Shown: piece after piece, positions 38,430 to 47,837 of the stretch
Layout: each line of letters begins with the position of its first letter
How positions within the stretch are numbered: the stretch's first letter is position 1
Assembly (NCBI GenBank): GCA_013003115.1
Contig: JABDLF010000002.1
Location: forward strand, 4,186 to 68,185
Direction of reading: 5' to 3'
DNA: 64,000 bases
Origin: Gammaproteobacteria bacterium
Lineage (GTDB): Bacteria > Pseudomonadota > Gammaproteobacteria > Steroidobacterales > JABDLF01
Notes under the pieces: generated by a model
The model's input: only the letters and a program-made list of their open reading frames with translations
Told to the model about the DNA's origin: nothing
Database searches by the model: none
Program-made: the position numbers and the translations under genes

Positions 38430-41400
38430 TCACTGCCGATTCACCCTGGAAATTGTTTTATCACCCGAGTTGTTCTCGAGACCCGCTGGTGAAATATCCT
38501 GGGCGACTTCGCTTTCCACGAGTGGCAGCCATGCCGCTACCGTTGCGCCAGCCCCGGGGCTGGACTCAATAAATGCGGCACCACCCAGCAATCCGGCGCG
38601 CTCCTTAAGTCCAAGCAAGCCAAAGCTACCGCCGCTGGCCGCCTTGCGCATTTGCTCAAACGCGTCAAAACCTTTGCCATCATCATGAATCTTGATACTG
38701 AGGCGGTCATTTCTAATCTCGACCTCAATCTCCACACTCCTCGCCTGCGCGTGCCGCAAAACGTTGGTGAGAGCCTCCTGCACGATGCGAAAAGCTGCGG
38801 TTTCAATATCGCTTTGAAGGCGCACACCCGTCAGGCTGTCAGCCGAGAGCCGTGCGCGCACCGCGGCGCGCGCCGCTTGATTGTCAACGTACCACCGCAG
38901 AGCCGGAAGCAATCCGAAATCGTCAAGTATTGCCGGGCGCAGATTTAGCGACAGGTTGCGGATCTGCTCAAGAACCCGATCGATGATCAGCATGCTGTCG
39001 CTCGGGTTGGCAAGGCGGCCCGGCGTCTCATTCATGCCGTGCCCGAGGTTGAGCTTCAAGGCCGTCAGGCTTTGCCCCACCTCATCATGTAGCTCCCGCG
39101 CGAGATGCCGCCTTTCAGCTTCCTGAGTGTCGAGTAATTTCTGGGAAAGCTTCTGCAAGCGATCCGAATACTTCTGAATTTTTGCTTCGGCGTTTCGCTT
39201 TTCCGAAATATCCCGCGTCACCGCCAGATGACCTTCGATGCGACCGTCGCCATCGCGAAGCGCGACAGCGTGGGTCTCAAGCCAGCGAACCGTGCCATTC
39301 CCGGTCTCAATCCCGAACACCAGGATTCCGGAATGACCGGAGAAAACAGACTCGTTCAGCTGAAGGAATGCCTCGCGTTGCTCCCGCCGGATAAATTCAG
39401 CGATGGACGTGGAACTGGCCCTCTCAACGAGGGCGTCGCCCAGCATCATCCTGCCCGCGGGATTTATATCAGTAATTCGGCCTTCCCGATCCAGCGTCCA
39501 GACACACTCCGGCTCGGACTCCACAACCGAACGCAGATAGTTTTCGCTTGCCCGCAACTGCGCCTCATAGACTTTACGTTCGCTGATATCAAAGCCCATG
39601 CCCACCATAAAGACACCGTTGTCAGTATGCAGGCGGATACCCGTCAGCAGAAACGGGTTTTCCTCACCGTTGGCGTTCAAAAAACTGGCTTCAACACGCG
39701 CTTCGCCGTCCTCAAAAACTTTCTGTAATCCTTTTGCAACGGCTTCCCGGTCCTGCTCGGCTACAAAATTCATGGGAGCAACGGTCGCCATTTCATCGGC
39801 CCGCTTACCGATCATTTTCAGAAGATTATCATTCCAGCGGACAATTCTTCTCTCCTCACTGACGACGTAAAAAACGCCAGGCATCGAATTAATAACCGTG
39901 TCCCCAAATTTCTTTTCTGCACGAAACCGGCTTTCGTTTCGCCGCCGCTCACTGATATCGAGCCCGAAACCCACAACAAATCGTTTGCCATCCTGTTCCA
40001 GCGCGCGGCCGCTGAAAGAATAGGGAATACGCAGGCCATGTTTCGTGCTTACATGTGCTTCGACGGACGCCTCACCAAGCTCGAATATTTCCCGCAACTT
40101 TGTGGCTACAGCAGCTTTGTCTTCATCGGCAATAAAATCGAGCGGACGCATTTGTTCTGCCTCGACCCGAGTAAAACCGTTCGCGGAAAAAAAGCGATCA
40201 TTAAATCTTACGAGGGCACCGTTTTCTTCGAAGACAAAAAACGAGCCCGGCAGGCTGTTCACCACCGATTCTGTAAATTGTCGCTCAGCCTCAAGGCGCC
40301 GGGCGTTTACATGGCGATCGGTGATGTCGTCGCACATAAGGATGACTCGGGAGACTTCGCCTGTATTACCCCTGATGGCGACAATGGAGCCTGATATGAT
40401 CCGGTTGTCTGGTACAGCCGTAAGTGGAAAAACGAGACTGGAATCATGCCCCCGCCACGCTGAACCCAACGCCTGCCTTACCTGGCTTCGGCTTTCATAC
40501 GGCACGTAGCTTAAAAAACCGCTCCCGGTGGTTTCTGTAGCGTCATTCTTGGCGAGCATTGCGACGGCAACCGGATTTGCCGACATAACCCGGTTTTCCT
40601 CGTCGATTTCGAGAATGCCGATGGTCGCATTCTCCACGAGTGCACTCATTCTCTGTTGGCTTTCTCTCAGGCGTCTCTCCGCCTCTTTACGAACTCCAAT
40701 ATCCGTAATGCTGCCACGAACCAGGGTCCGCTGACCGTCAAGCATCCGGCTCAACCGAACCTCGCTGGTAATCTGCTTACCGGACAAAGTCAGAAATTCC
40801 CACTCGAACACCGGCGTCTCACCGGCAAGGGCCAGCTTCATGTGATGCCGCAGAAGCGCCGAAGATTCTTTGCCGCCGGGCTGAAACTCTGGACTCAAAG
40901 TCAGCGCATTCTTACCAAGAAGTTCAGACTTATCGCTCGCAAACAGCCGCTCCATTTTCCCGTTCAGATCGATGAAACCGTTGGTATCCAGGTCGTATAC
41001 AACCAGCGCCTCGGATGCCTCCTCAAACAGCCTGCGAAAACGCTGCTCACTCTCTTCAAGTTTCTCGTTTGCATCAATCAACTCACTGATGTCGCGGCCT
41101 TCAACGACGATGAATCGCACTCGCCCCTGGTCGTCCGAAATCGGATTGAAAGATCGATCACCGATGCGCACGTCTCCGTTTGCGATTGCAAATTTGGCCC
41201 TGTCTCGTACTGACTCGCCCGAAAGTGCAGAGGCTATGCCCGTCTTAACCGATTCCGCCTCTCCGTCGAGATCACGCCACCAGGGCGCCAGCCACAGCGG
41301 CCGGCCCTCGACTTCCGATCGCACGCAGCCTGTGGCGGCAATGACCGAATCACTCATATCGAGCACGCTGCCTTGCGGGTCTACCAGGACAATAAACCCA

Positions 41401-42257
41401 AATACGTTTCGAAATGCAGCCTCCATTCTCAGCCTGGTTTCGGCGAGCGCGGCATCAGCTTCGAATTGCCTGGTCTGATCAAAAATAAATCCTTCGTAAC
41501 AACAGTCACGACCATCCTGCTGTACAGGCTTAATGCTCAGCGCTGCGACACACTCTCCGCCTCCGTAGCGCTTTATCCTCACCTGATGCGTCTCATTTCC
41601 CGCTGAACTGCTCATTGAACGAATGTTCCGGGGAAGCGCGCCATCATCAACAAACAAATCGCGAAAAAGATGAAGACCCAGCATGGACTCCGCATCAGGA
41701 TAAGCAAGCATGCTGACCAGACCCGGATTAACTTCTGTCAGAATCCCCGCCTTGTCACATTGGAAAATTCCTGCAGGCACATTCTCAAACAAAGTGCGAT
41801 AGCGCTTCTCGCTGAGCGCGAGAGCCTGCTGCGCTTCCTTCGCAGATAAACGGACGCGCCAGTCACGCACAGCGCGCCAGCAGATAGATGGAAGTTCGGC
41901 AAAACTGTTTTCCAGCTTTACGACATAGTCCAGCGCACCAGCCTTAATGGCATTGACCGCCTGAGTCTCATCACCAAAGCTTGTCATCAAAACGAGCGGG
42001 GCTCGTTGTCCAGCGTTCGAAATCAGCGTTTTACCGTCCCCATCGGGAAGCCGGATATCGGCGAGGACAAGATCGGGAACGGACTCTGCCAGTCTTTGCC
42101 TCGCCTCTGCAATGCTACCGCAATACCTGGCGGTCACATTCATAGAAGAATCCGAGAATGCGCGGCGTATCAGCTCGCAATGATCCTCAGAGTCTTCGAC
42201 GACAAGAATCTCAAAGTCGTAGGCAACACCTGCGGATTCCTGTTGGTACTCGCCCAA
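38430..42257 (-). CDS. Hybrid sensor kinase: N-terminal REC, about seven PAS modules, HisKA_3 and HATPase
   Basis: 1275 aa with a REC domain (ILVVEDSEDHCELI ... DLVLADIRLPDGDG), repeated PAS-like modules, a NarX-type H-box (ERRHLARELHDEVGQSLTAL) and a C-terminal ATPase (HDDGKGF ... GLLGLKERA). Confidence 0.9.
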   Translation of the reverse strand: MGEYQQESAGVAYDFEILVVEDSEDHCELIRRAFSDSSMNVTARYCGSIAEARQRLAESVPDLVLADIRLPDGDGKTLISNAGQRAPLVLMTSFGDETQAVNAIKAGALDYVVKLENSFAELPSICWRAVRDWRVRLSAKEAQQALALSEKRYRTLFENVPAGIFQCDKAGILTEVNPGLVSMLAYPDAESMLGLHLFRDLFVDDGALPRNIRSMSSSAGNETHQVRIKRYGGGECVAALSIKPVQQDGRDCCYEGFIFDQTRQFEADAALAETRLRMEAAFRNVFGFIVLVDPQGSVLDMSDSVIAATGCVRSEVEGRPLWLAPWWRDLDGEAESVKTGIASALSGESVRDRAKFAIANGDVRIGDRSFNPISDDQGRVRFIVVEGRDISELIDANEKLEESEQRFRRLFEEASEALVVYDLDTNGFIDLNGKMERLFASDKSELLGKNALTLSPEFQPGGKESSALLRHHMKLALAGETPVFEWEFLTLSGKQITSEVRLSRMLDGQRTLVRGSITDIGVRKEAERRLRESQQRMSALVENATIGILEIDEENRVMSANPVAVAMLAKNDATETTGSGFLSYVPYESRSQVRQALGSAWRGHDSSLVFPLTAVPDNRIISGSIVAIRGNTGEVSRVILMCDDITDRHVNARRLEAERQFTESVVNSLPGSFFVFEENGALVRFNDRFFSANGFTRVEAEQMRPLDFIADEDKAAVATKLREIFELGEASVEAHVSTKHGLRIPYSFSGRALEQDGKRFVVGFGLDISERRRNESRFRAEKKFGDTVINSMPGVFYVVSEERRIVRWNDNLLKMIGKRADEMATVAPMNFVAEQDREAVAKGLQKVFEDGEARVEASFLNANGEENPFLLTGIRLHTDNGVFMVGMGFDISERKVYEAQLRASENYLRSVVESEPECVWTLDREGRITDINPAGRMMLGDALVERASSTSIAEFIRREQREAFLQLNESVFSGHSGILVFGIETGNGTVRWLETHAVALRDGDGRIEGHLAVTRDISEKRNAEAKIQKYSDRLQKLSQKLLDTQEAERRHLARELHDEVGQSLTALKLNLGHGMNETPGRLANPSDSMLIIDRVLEQIRNLSLNLRPAILDDFGLLPALRWYVDNQAARAAVRARLSADSLTGVRLQSDIETAAFRIVQEALTNVLRHAQARSVEIEVEIRNDRLSIKIHDDGKGFDAFEQMRKAASGGSFGLLGLKERAGLLGGAAFIESSPGAGATVAAWLPLVESEVAQDISPAGLENNSGDKTISRVNRQ

Positions 42258-42264
42258 ATTGCTA

Positions 42265-42738
42265 TCACTCTTGATTTAATGCCAGCGACGGTGTTCGATT
42301 GCACTGCAGCCAGAACTTCGCAGCGGCCTGCAGATGCGTTTTGAATTCGTCAAAATTGAGAGATTTGGCCAGATAGGCGTTGGCGTGCGCCGAGTAGGCG
42401 CCGTCGATATCCGGCGCAGCCGTTGACGTGGTCAGAACCACCACAGGGATGGACCTCAGATTCGAGTCATTCTTGATAAAGCGTAGCAGGCTCAAACCAT
42501 CCAGCCTCGGCAGGCGCAGATCCATGAATATCAGTACCGGACGTGGACTCGCATTGGGGTCGCTGAAATGGCCTTTGCGCTCGAGGAATTCCAGCGCCGC
42601 TTCCCCGTCACTGACATGATACAGACGCGCCCCGATTTGCTCGCAATCCAGGCATCGCCCGATGAGTTCTGCGTGGTCAGGATTATCCTCGACCAGCAAA
42701 ACTGTCTGTGCGTAATCATCGTCAAAATTTCCTTCCAT
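42265..42738 (-). CDS. Single-domain (CheY-like) response regulator
   Basis: 157-aa REC-only protein (VLLVEDNPDHAELI ... LIFMDLRLPRLDG ... PVVVLTTS ... AYLAKS). Confidence 0.88.
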   Translation of the reverse strand: MEGNFDDDYAQTVLLVEDNPDHAELIGRCLDCEQIGARLYHVSDGEAALEFLERKGHFSDPNASPRPVLIFMDLRLPRLDGLSLLRFIKNDSNLRSIPVVVLTTSTAAPDIDGAYSAHANAYLAKSLNFDEFKTHLQAAAKFWLQCNRTPSLALNQE

Positions 42739-42829
42739 GGAATCGATCCCTCATGGACAACCAGCTAAATCATAGCATGTTGGAACATCTGGCCGCTGCG
42801 TTCGTTTTGCTCGCAGGCCGGTCCGAACC

Positions 42830-44914
42830 TCAACCCTTCTGGGACGGGCCTGCAGGCGGCAACACAAACACGAATCGTGCACCACTTAGCTCCCTACCCT
42901 GCTCAACCCATATGGTCCCGCCGTGAACCTGCAAAATTCGTCGGGCAAGAGACAGCCCGATCCCGGTGCCTTTGTCAGTCTGTTCGACCTGCTCAAAAAG
43001 CCCGAAAATCCTCTCACGGTCATCGGGATCAACGCCGGGCCCGTTGTCTTCAATAAAGTAGCGGTTTTCAGCCTCGAACTGCTCACACCCTATGATGACA
43101 TCAGGCGCGGTGCCCGTAGCCGTGAATTTAATAGCATTCTCCACAAGATTCTGCACCAGCTCGAACAGGCGTACAGGATCACCGCTGGCGTCAGGCAGCT
43201 CGTCGGCCACCTTTATTGTCGCGCCGCTGTCGGCAATCTGCCCCTGCATGATTTCGATCACCTCGTCGACCAGGCGGTTCATATTGACCCTTTGTTTCGG
43301 ACCACTCAGCTTGCCGCTGCGAGACAACACCAGCAAGCCGTCCAGCAGCTTCTGCATTCGAGCTGAGGCCTTATCGATGCGTGCCAGGTCCTGGCGCAGT
43401 TCCTCAGTGTTCCCGGCACCAATCTGACGAGCCATCTCCTTTGCGAAGCCACGAATAGTGATTATCGGGCTCTTCAGGTCATGGGATACCGTATAGGTGA
43501 ATCTTTCCAGCTCAAGATTCTTGTCAGCCAGATCAGAAACCAGCGCCGTCAGCCGGGCCTCTGCCTGTTCCTGCTCGGTAATGTCCACCGCAACCGTCAG
43601 CACGGCCGGCGAATTTGCCTCGTCCTGTTCAAGCAGCTGGCGTGAAACCCTCAGCTTGCGCTCTTCCCCGGCAGCGTTCTTCAGAATCTCTACGGACTCC
43701 TGGTCCACGGCCGTCTCAGAAAACACTTTTTTGTCCTCCTCTGCGAGTTTCTCAAGCCGCTCGCTGACGTCCGGCAAGGACTGTGACCCGGTATGTGTGA
43801 GTTCGCTCTCGCTTTGCCCCAGCACTCTGGCGGTCGCTCGATTTGCAAATACAAAGTCTCCGGCGGCGTCTCTGGCAAAAATCATGTGAGGCACCATGTT
43901 GATGATCGCACTCACTCGTTTTCTTGCCTGTTCCAGCAGTCTGGTTCTCACTCGAACCTCTCTGCCAAGTTCCTTGTTCCAGCGAGCTGTCAGGCCAAGA
44001 AAACCCAGCCCACTGGCAATAATCAGCAGCACGCTTACCCACGCAAGGTTGACGACAGCAGAATCTGCGAACGCCGCGATCTGGGCAGCGGAGAATCCTT
44101 CAGCGAGCTGCGATCCAATTCGCAGACGAGACAGATATGCGTTGCCCAGCGCAAATGCACACAACAGAAAAACCGCCATCAGCGTCGCCGCTGTTAACAT
44201 CAGCGCGCCTCGATGATGTCGGATGGCTACGCCAAACCAGCGGAACTTGAGTCGGGAAACAGCAGGCGTCAGCAAAAACAGAATTGGCCCGCAAATCAGA
44301 ACTGACTGCAGAAACCCGCCGAGCCACCAGCCCTCCCAGACGGCAAGCGTTTCCACTGTAGTCAGATTTTGGGTATGGCTCCAGATGAATGACCCCGATG
44401 CGCCGGCAAGTGCGGCGATAAACGAAGCCAGAACGTAGAATCCGATCGTCGCGATATTGCGTAAATCAAATCCTATTCCGGTGCTGCGATAAGCTATGGC
44501 GAGGAATGCCAGCCCCACCGTATCGGAAAACGCGAAAAGCACTGCCCACCCAGCCGGCATGTTCGAGTAAATGGCAAGTATGAAGGTAGCGAAATAGGCG
44601 GGTACAAAAGCCCACAAAAATCCCATCCAGAACAGCAACACTGTGCAGAATATCAACGGCGGATAAATGGTGACATGCGCATCGAAGCCCAGAAAATTGA
44701 ACGGGATGGCCGAAAGCTCGCTATCAATAACCACGATGCCAGTTCCGACGGAGACCAGAAGCGATAAAAACCAGAAAGAGAGGACCACGGCTGTACGCCA
44801 TCGAGAGTCGGCGGGCACTCGCAGCAAGTCATTTATACTTAAAGTCGACAGTTCACCGAGGGGCGCCTGGACCGAGACAGTGTGATTGGTCTCGTTGGAG
44901 TTTCTGTGCCTCAC
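42830..44914 (-). CDS. Membrane sensor histidine kinase (polytopic N-terminal domain, PAS, HisKA, HATPase)
   Basis: 694 aa. The first ~320 aa are strongly hydrophobic with multiple predicted TM helices. They are followed by a PAS-like segment, an H-box (FTYTVSHDLKSPIITIRGF) and an ATPase (EDNGPGV ... GTGIGLSLARRI). Confidence 0.88.
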   Translation of the reverse strand: MRHRNSNETNHTVSVQAPLGELSTLSINDLLRVPADSRWRTAVVLSFWFLSLLVSVGTGIVVIDSELSAIPFNFLGFDAHVTIYPPLIFCTVLLFWMGFLWAFVPAYFATFILAIYSNMPAGWAVLFAFSDTVGLAFLAIAYRSTGIGFDLRNIATIGFYVLASFIAALAGASGSFIWSHTQNLTTVETLAVWEGWWLGGFLQSVLICGPILFLLTPAVSRLKFRWFGVAIRHHRGALMLTAATLMAVFLLCAFALGNAYLSRLRIGSQLAEGFSAAQIAAFADSAVVNLAWVSVLLIIASGLGFLGLTARWNKELGREVRVRTRLLEQARKRVSAIINMVPHMIFARDAAGDFVFANRATARVLGQSESELTHTGSQSLPDVSERLEKLAEEDKKVFSETAVDQESVEILKNAAGEERKLRVSRQLLEQDEANSPAVLTVAVDITEQEQAEARLTALVSDLADKNLELERFTYTVSHDLKSPIITIRGFAKEMARQIGAGNTEELRQDLARIDKASARMQKLLDGLLVLSRSGKLSGPKQRVNMNRLVDEVIEIMQGQIADSGATIKVADELPDASGDPVRLFELVQNLVENAIKFTATGTAPDVIIGCEQFEAENRYFIEDNGPGVDPDDRERIFGLFEQVEQTDKGTGIGLSLARRILQVHGGTIWVEQGRELSGARFVFVLPPAGPSQKG

Positions 44915-45293
44915 AGGATTCTAATCGCGGGCTCGCAGGCCGGCCTGCACAGGTAGCCTGAAGGAAATTCTGGGGCGCATTTTCTCATTCGTGACAGCTT
45001 CGTCATTTCGCTGCTTGTAATTCGCCAATAGCGGTGCGCCGCAATCATACCCCAAAAATCGACCGCCTTTGGCCGCCTGCTATTGTTTTGGGCAACCTGC
45101 CGGCCAATAATCTCTGGCCCTAAGCGCGCATCCGTGCTGCGGCTTGTCTGATTGCAGAATCAGTGGGGCGTCAGAATGATTGCACGGCCTGATGTTTGCC
45201 GTGCCACTCAGCTGCATGTATCTTAACGAAAAGGGTACTGAGCAGGGATTCCAAACCCTTGAAATCAATGCAGGTAGCAAGCCAGGCAGAAAA

Positions 45294-46547
45294 ATGAAAC
45301 CAAGAAGATCAGGCCGCTTCGTCAGTCGACTTACCCGCAGCACCATGGCGCTGATCATGGCAGGAGGACGTGGAAGTCGGCTCAAACAGCTGACGCTGAA
45401 TCGCGCCAAACCCGCCACGCCGATTGCCGGCAAATTCAGAATCATAGATTTTCCACTTTCGAACTGCGTCAATTCGGGCATTCGCCAGATCCTGGTCCTG
45501 ACTCAGTACAAGGCGCATTCGCTGATTCAGCACGTTCGCAGGGGCTGGGGGTTTCTGCGCGGCGAGTTCGGCGAGTTCATTGAAATTGTGCCGGCCCAGC
45601 AACAAATTGGAGAAATGTGGTATCGAGGCACCGCTGATTGCGTGTATCAGAACCTCGACATCATCGAAGATCATAATCCGGAACATGTGCTGATTCTTGC
45701 GGGCGATCATGTCTACAAGATGGACTACGGCCCCATGATTGCCTACCACGTGGAAAAAGGCGCCGACATCACCGTGGGCGTACTGCGTATTCCTGTCTCC
45801 GAGGCCAGCGAATTCGGCGTGATGACCGTGGACAGCGAAGACCGCATCGTTCGTTTTACGGAAAAGCCGGAGAAGCCCGAGCCGACTCCTGATGATCCGG
45901 ATGCCGCGATGGTATCCATGGGCATTTACGTTTTTAACCGTGAACTCATGTGTGAGGTTCTGCGCAATGATGCAGAAGATGCGCAGTCTGTTCACGATTT
46001 TGGCAAGAACATCATTCCCGGCACGATTAATAATCGTCAGGTATTTGCCTATACGTTTACAGATGTCGAAACACGCGCTCAGAGTTACTGGCGGGATGTA
46101 GGCAATGTTGACGCCTACTTTGACGCAAATATGGAGCTGGTTCACGTCACACCTGAACTTGATCTGTACGACGATGACTGGCCAATCTGGACGTATCAGG
46201 AGCAGGCACCACCTGCAAAATTTGTGCTTGATGAAGATGGCCGCCGCGGCGTGGCCATCAATTCCATGGTGGCCGGCGGTTGCATCATATCGGGGGCGGT
46301 TGTGCGCCAGTCAGTGTTGTTCTCCAACGTGCTCGTAGACGAAGGATCCCGACTCGATGCCGCCGTAATTCTGCCCAATGTGAAGATCGGGAAAAACTGC
46401 GTGATCCGAAAGGCAGTCATTGATGAAAACTGTGATATTGCCGATGGCACGACGATTGGCGTGGATGCCGAGGAAGATGCGAAGCGTTTCTTTATCACCA
46501 GGAAAGGGGTTGCGCTGGTAACCGAGGACATGCTTCAAGGGCAATAA
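45294..46547 (+). CDS. glgC: Glucose-1-phosphate adenylyltransferase
   Basis: 417 aa from MKPRRSG, with motifs [45 protein letters not shown] and a C-terminal LbH domain. The longer track ORF starts at 45180. Confidence 0.92.
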   Translation: MKPRRSGRFVSRLTRSTMALIMAGGRGSRLKQLTLNRAKPATPIAGKFRIIDFPLSNCVNSGIRQILVLTQYKAHSLIQHVRRGWGFLRGEFGEFIEIVPAQQQIGEMWYRGTADCVYQNLDIIEDHNPEHVLILAGDHVYKMDYGPMIAYHVEKGADITVGVLRIPVSEASEFGVMTVDSEDRIVRFTEKPEKPEPTPDDPDAAMVSMGIYVFNRELMCEVLRNDAEDAQSVHDFGKNIIPGTINNRQVFAYTFTDVETRAQSYWRDVGNVDAYFDANMELVHVTPELDLYDDDWPIWTYQEQAPPAKFVLDEDGRRGVAINSMVAGGCIISGAVVRQSVLFSNVLVDEGSRLDAAVILPNVKIGKNCVIRKAVIDENCDIADGTTIGVDAEEDAKRFFITRKGVALVTEDMLQGQ

Positions 46548-46601
46548 TCAGCCGGGTGATATACTCGCGCGCCAGGTAACCACCCCCCGGACAACGCCAA
46601 T

Positions 46602-47831
46602 ATGCACGTCGTCTTTGTCGCCCCGTTTTTTATGCAGGCAACCCTGCGTTTCGTGTATGGCGCTGCCGAATTGCCAGGCGTACGACTCAGTCTCATCAGC
46701 CAGGATCCGCTGCACCGCTTGCCACCGTCTTTGCGTGCGAGGCTCGTCGGGCACGAGCAAATTGCCGACGGGCTTAATCCGGCGCAAATCGCCATCGCTG
46801 TCCAAAAACTTGCCGCCCACCTGGGCAGCCCCGGGCGCATTCTCGCAACGCTTGAGCAGGCACAGGTACCGGTCGCGCAAGTTCGGGAGGCTCTCAAAAT
46901 TGAAGGCCTTGGCGTCGAGGCTGCGCGCAACTTTCGCGACAAAGCGCGCATGAAATCAATACTGCGCGCTGAGGGCATTGCCTGCGCGCGCCACCGGCTT
47001 GCGGGCGATGCACGAACCGCCATCGACTTTGTCGAACAAGTCGGGTTCCCGATTGTGGTGAAGCCGCCGGCTGGCGCGGGCGCGAAGGCAACGTTCAAGC
47101 TCGAAAACGAGCGCGATCTGAGAAAGTACCTGAGTGCATACCCGCCAAATCCTGCCAACCCGGGTCTCCTGGAAGAGTTTATGACAGGCAGTGAGTTCTC
47201 ATTCGAAAGCGCGCTCCTTCGCGGCGAGACTTGCTGGAGTTCGTGGAGCGCATATATGCCTTCGCCACTGCAGGTGCTCGAGAACGACTGGATTCAATGG
47301 TGTGTGCTGCTGCCCAGAAACACCGGCGGGGACGAGCAGCGCGCAATTGCGCCGGCTGCAGCGAAGGCGTTGAAAGTGCTCGGACTCGAAAACGGGTTCA
47401 GCCACCTCGAATGGTTCCGCCGCGAAGACGGCAGCGTAGCAATCTCCGAAGTTGGGGCAAGGCCCCCTGGCGCGCAGTTTATGTCGTTGCTCTCGCACGC
47501 CCACGACTGGAACTTCTACCGGGGCTGGGCAGGCCTGATGGCGCTGGATGAGTTTGAGCCGCCCGAGCGCAAGTATGCCTGCGGTGCGGCTTACATCCGT
47601 GGACAGGGACGGGGTCCGGTGCGGGCGATTCATGGTCTCGACGCTGCACAGGCGCGCATGGGTCACCTCGTGGTCGAGGCGCATCTTCCAAAGCCCGGCC
47701 AGGCCGCGTCAGACAGCTATGAGGGAGACGGATTCGTAATTCTGCGACACCCCGACACGGACGTGGTCAAGGCGGCACTTAAGGAACTGGTGACCACCGT
47801 CCAGGTGGAAAGAGCGCCCTCAGGCGCCTGA
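46602..47831 (+). CDS. ATP-grasp domain protein, paralogue 1 of 3
   Basis: 409 aa with ATP-grasp core motifs (FRDKARMK, GFPIVVKPPAGAGAK, HLEWF, SEVGARPPGA). It is clearly alignable with the ORFs at 51960..53177 and 54774..55994. The substrate is unknown. Confidence 0.8.
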   Translation: MHVVFVAPFFMQATLRFVYGAAELPGVRLSLISQDPLHRLPPSLRARLVGHEQIADGLNPAQIAIAVQKLAAHLGSPGRILATLEQAQVPVAQVREALKIEGLGVEAARNFRDKARMKSILRAEGIACARHRLAGDARTAIDFVEQVGFPIVVKPPAGAGAKATFKLENERDLRKYLSAYPPNPANPGLLEEFMTGSEFSFESALLRGETCWSSWSAYMPSPLQVLENDWIQWCVLLPRNTGGDEQRAIAPAAAKALKVLGLENGFSHLEWFRREDGSVAISEVGARPPGAQFMSLLSHAHDWNFYRGWAGLMALDEFEPPERKYACGAAYIRGQGRGPVRAIHGLDAAQARMGHLVVEAHLPKPGQAASDSYEGDGFVILRHPDTDVVKAALKELVTTVQVERAPSGA

Positions 47832-47837
47832 CAGTTA

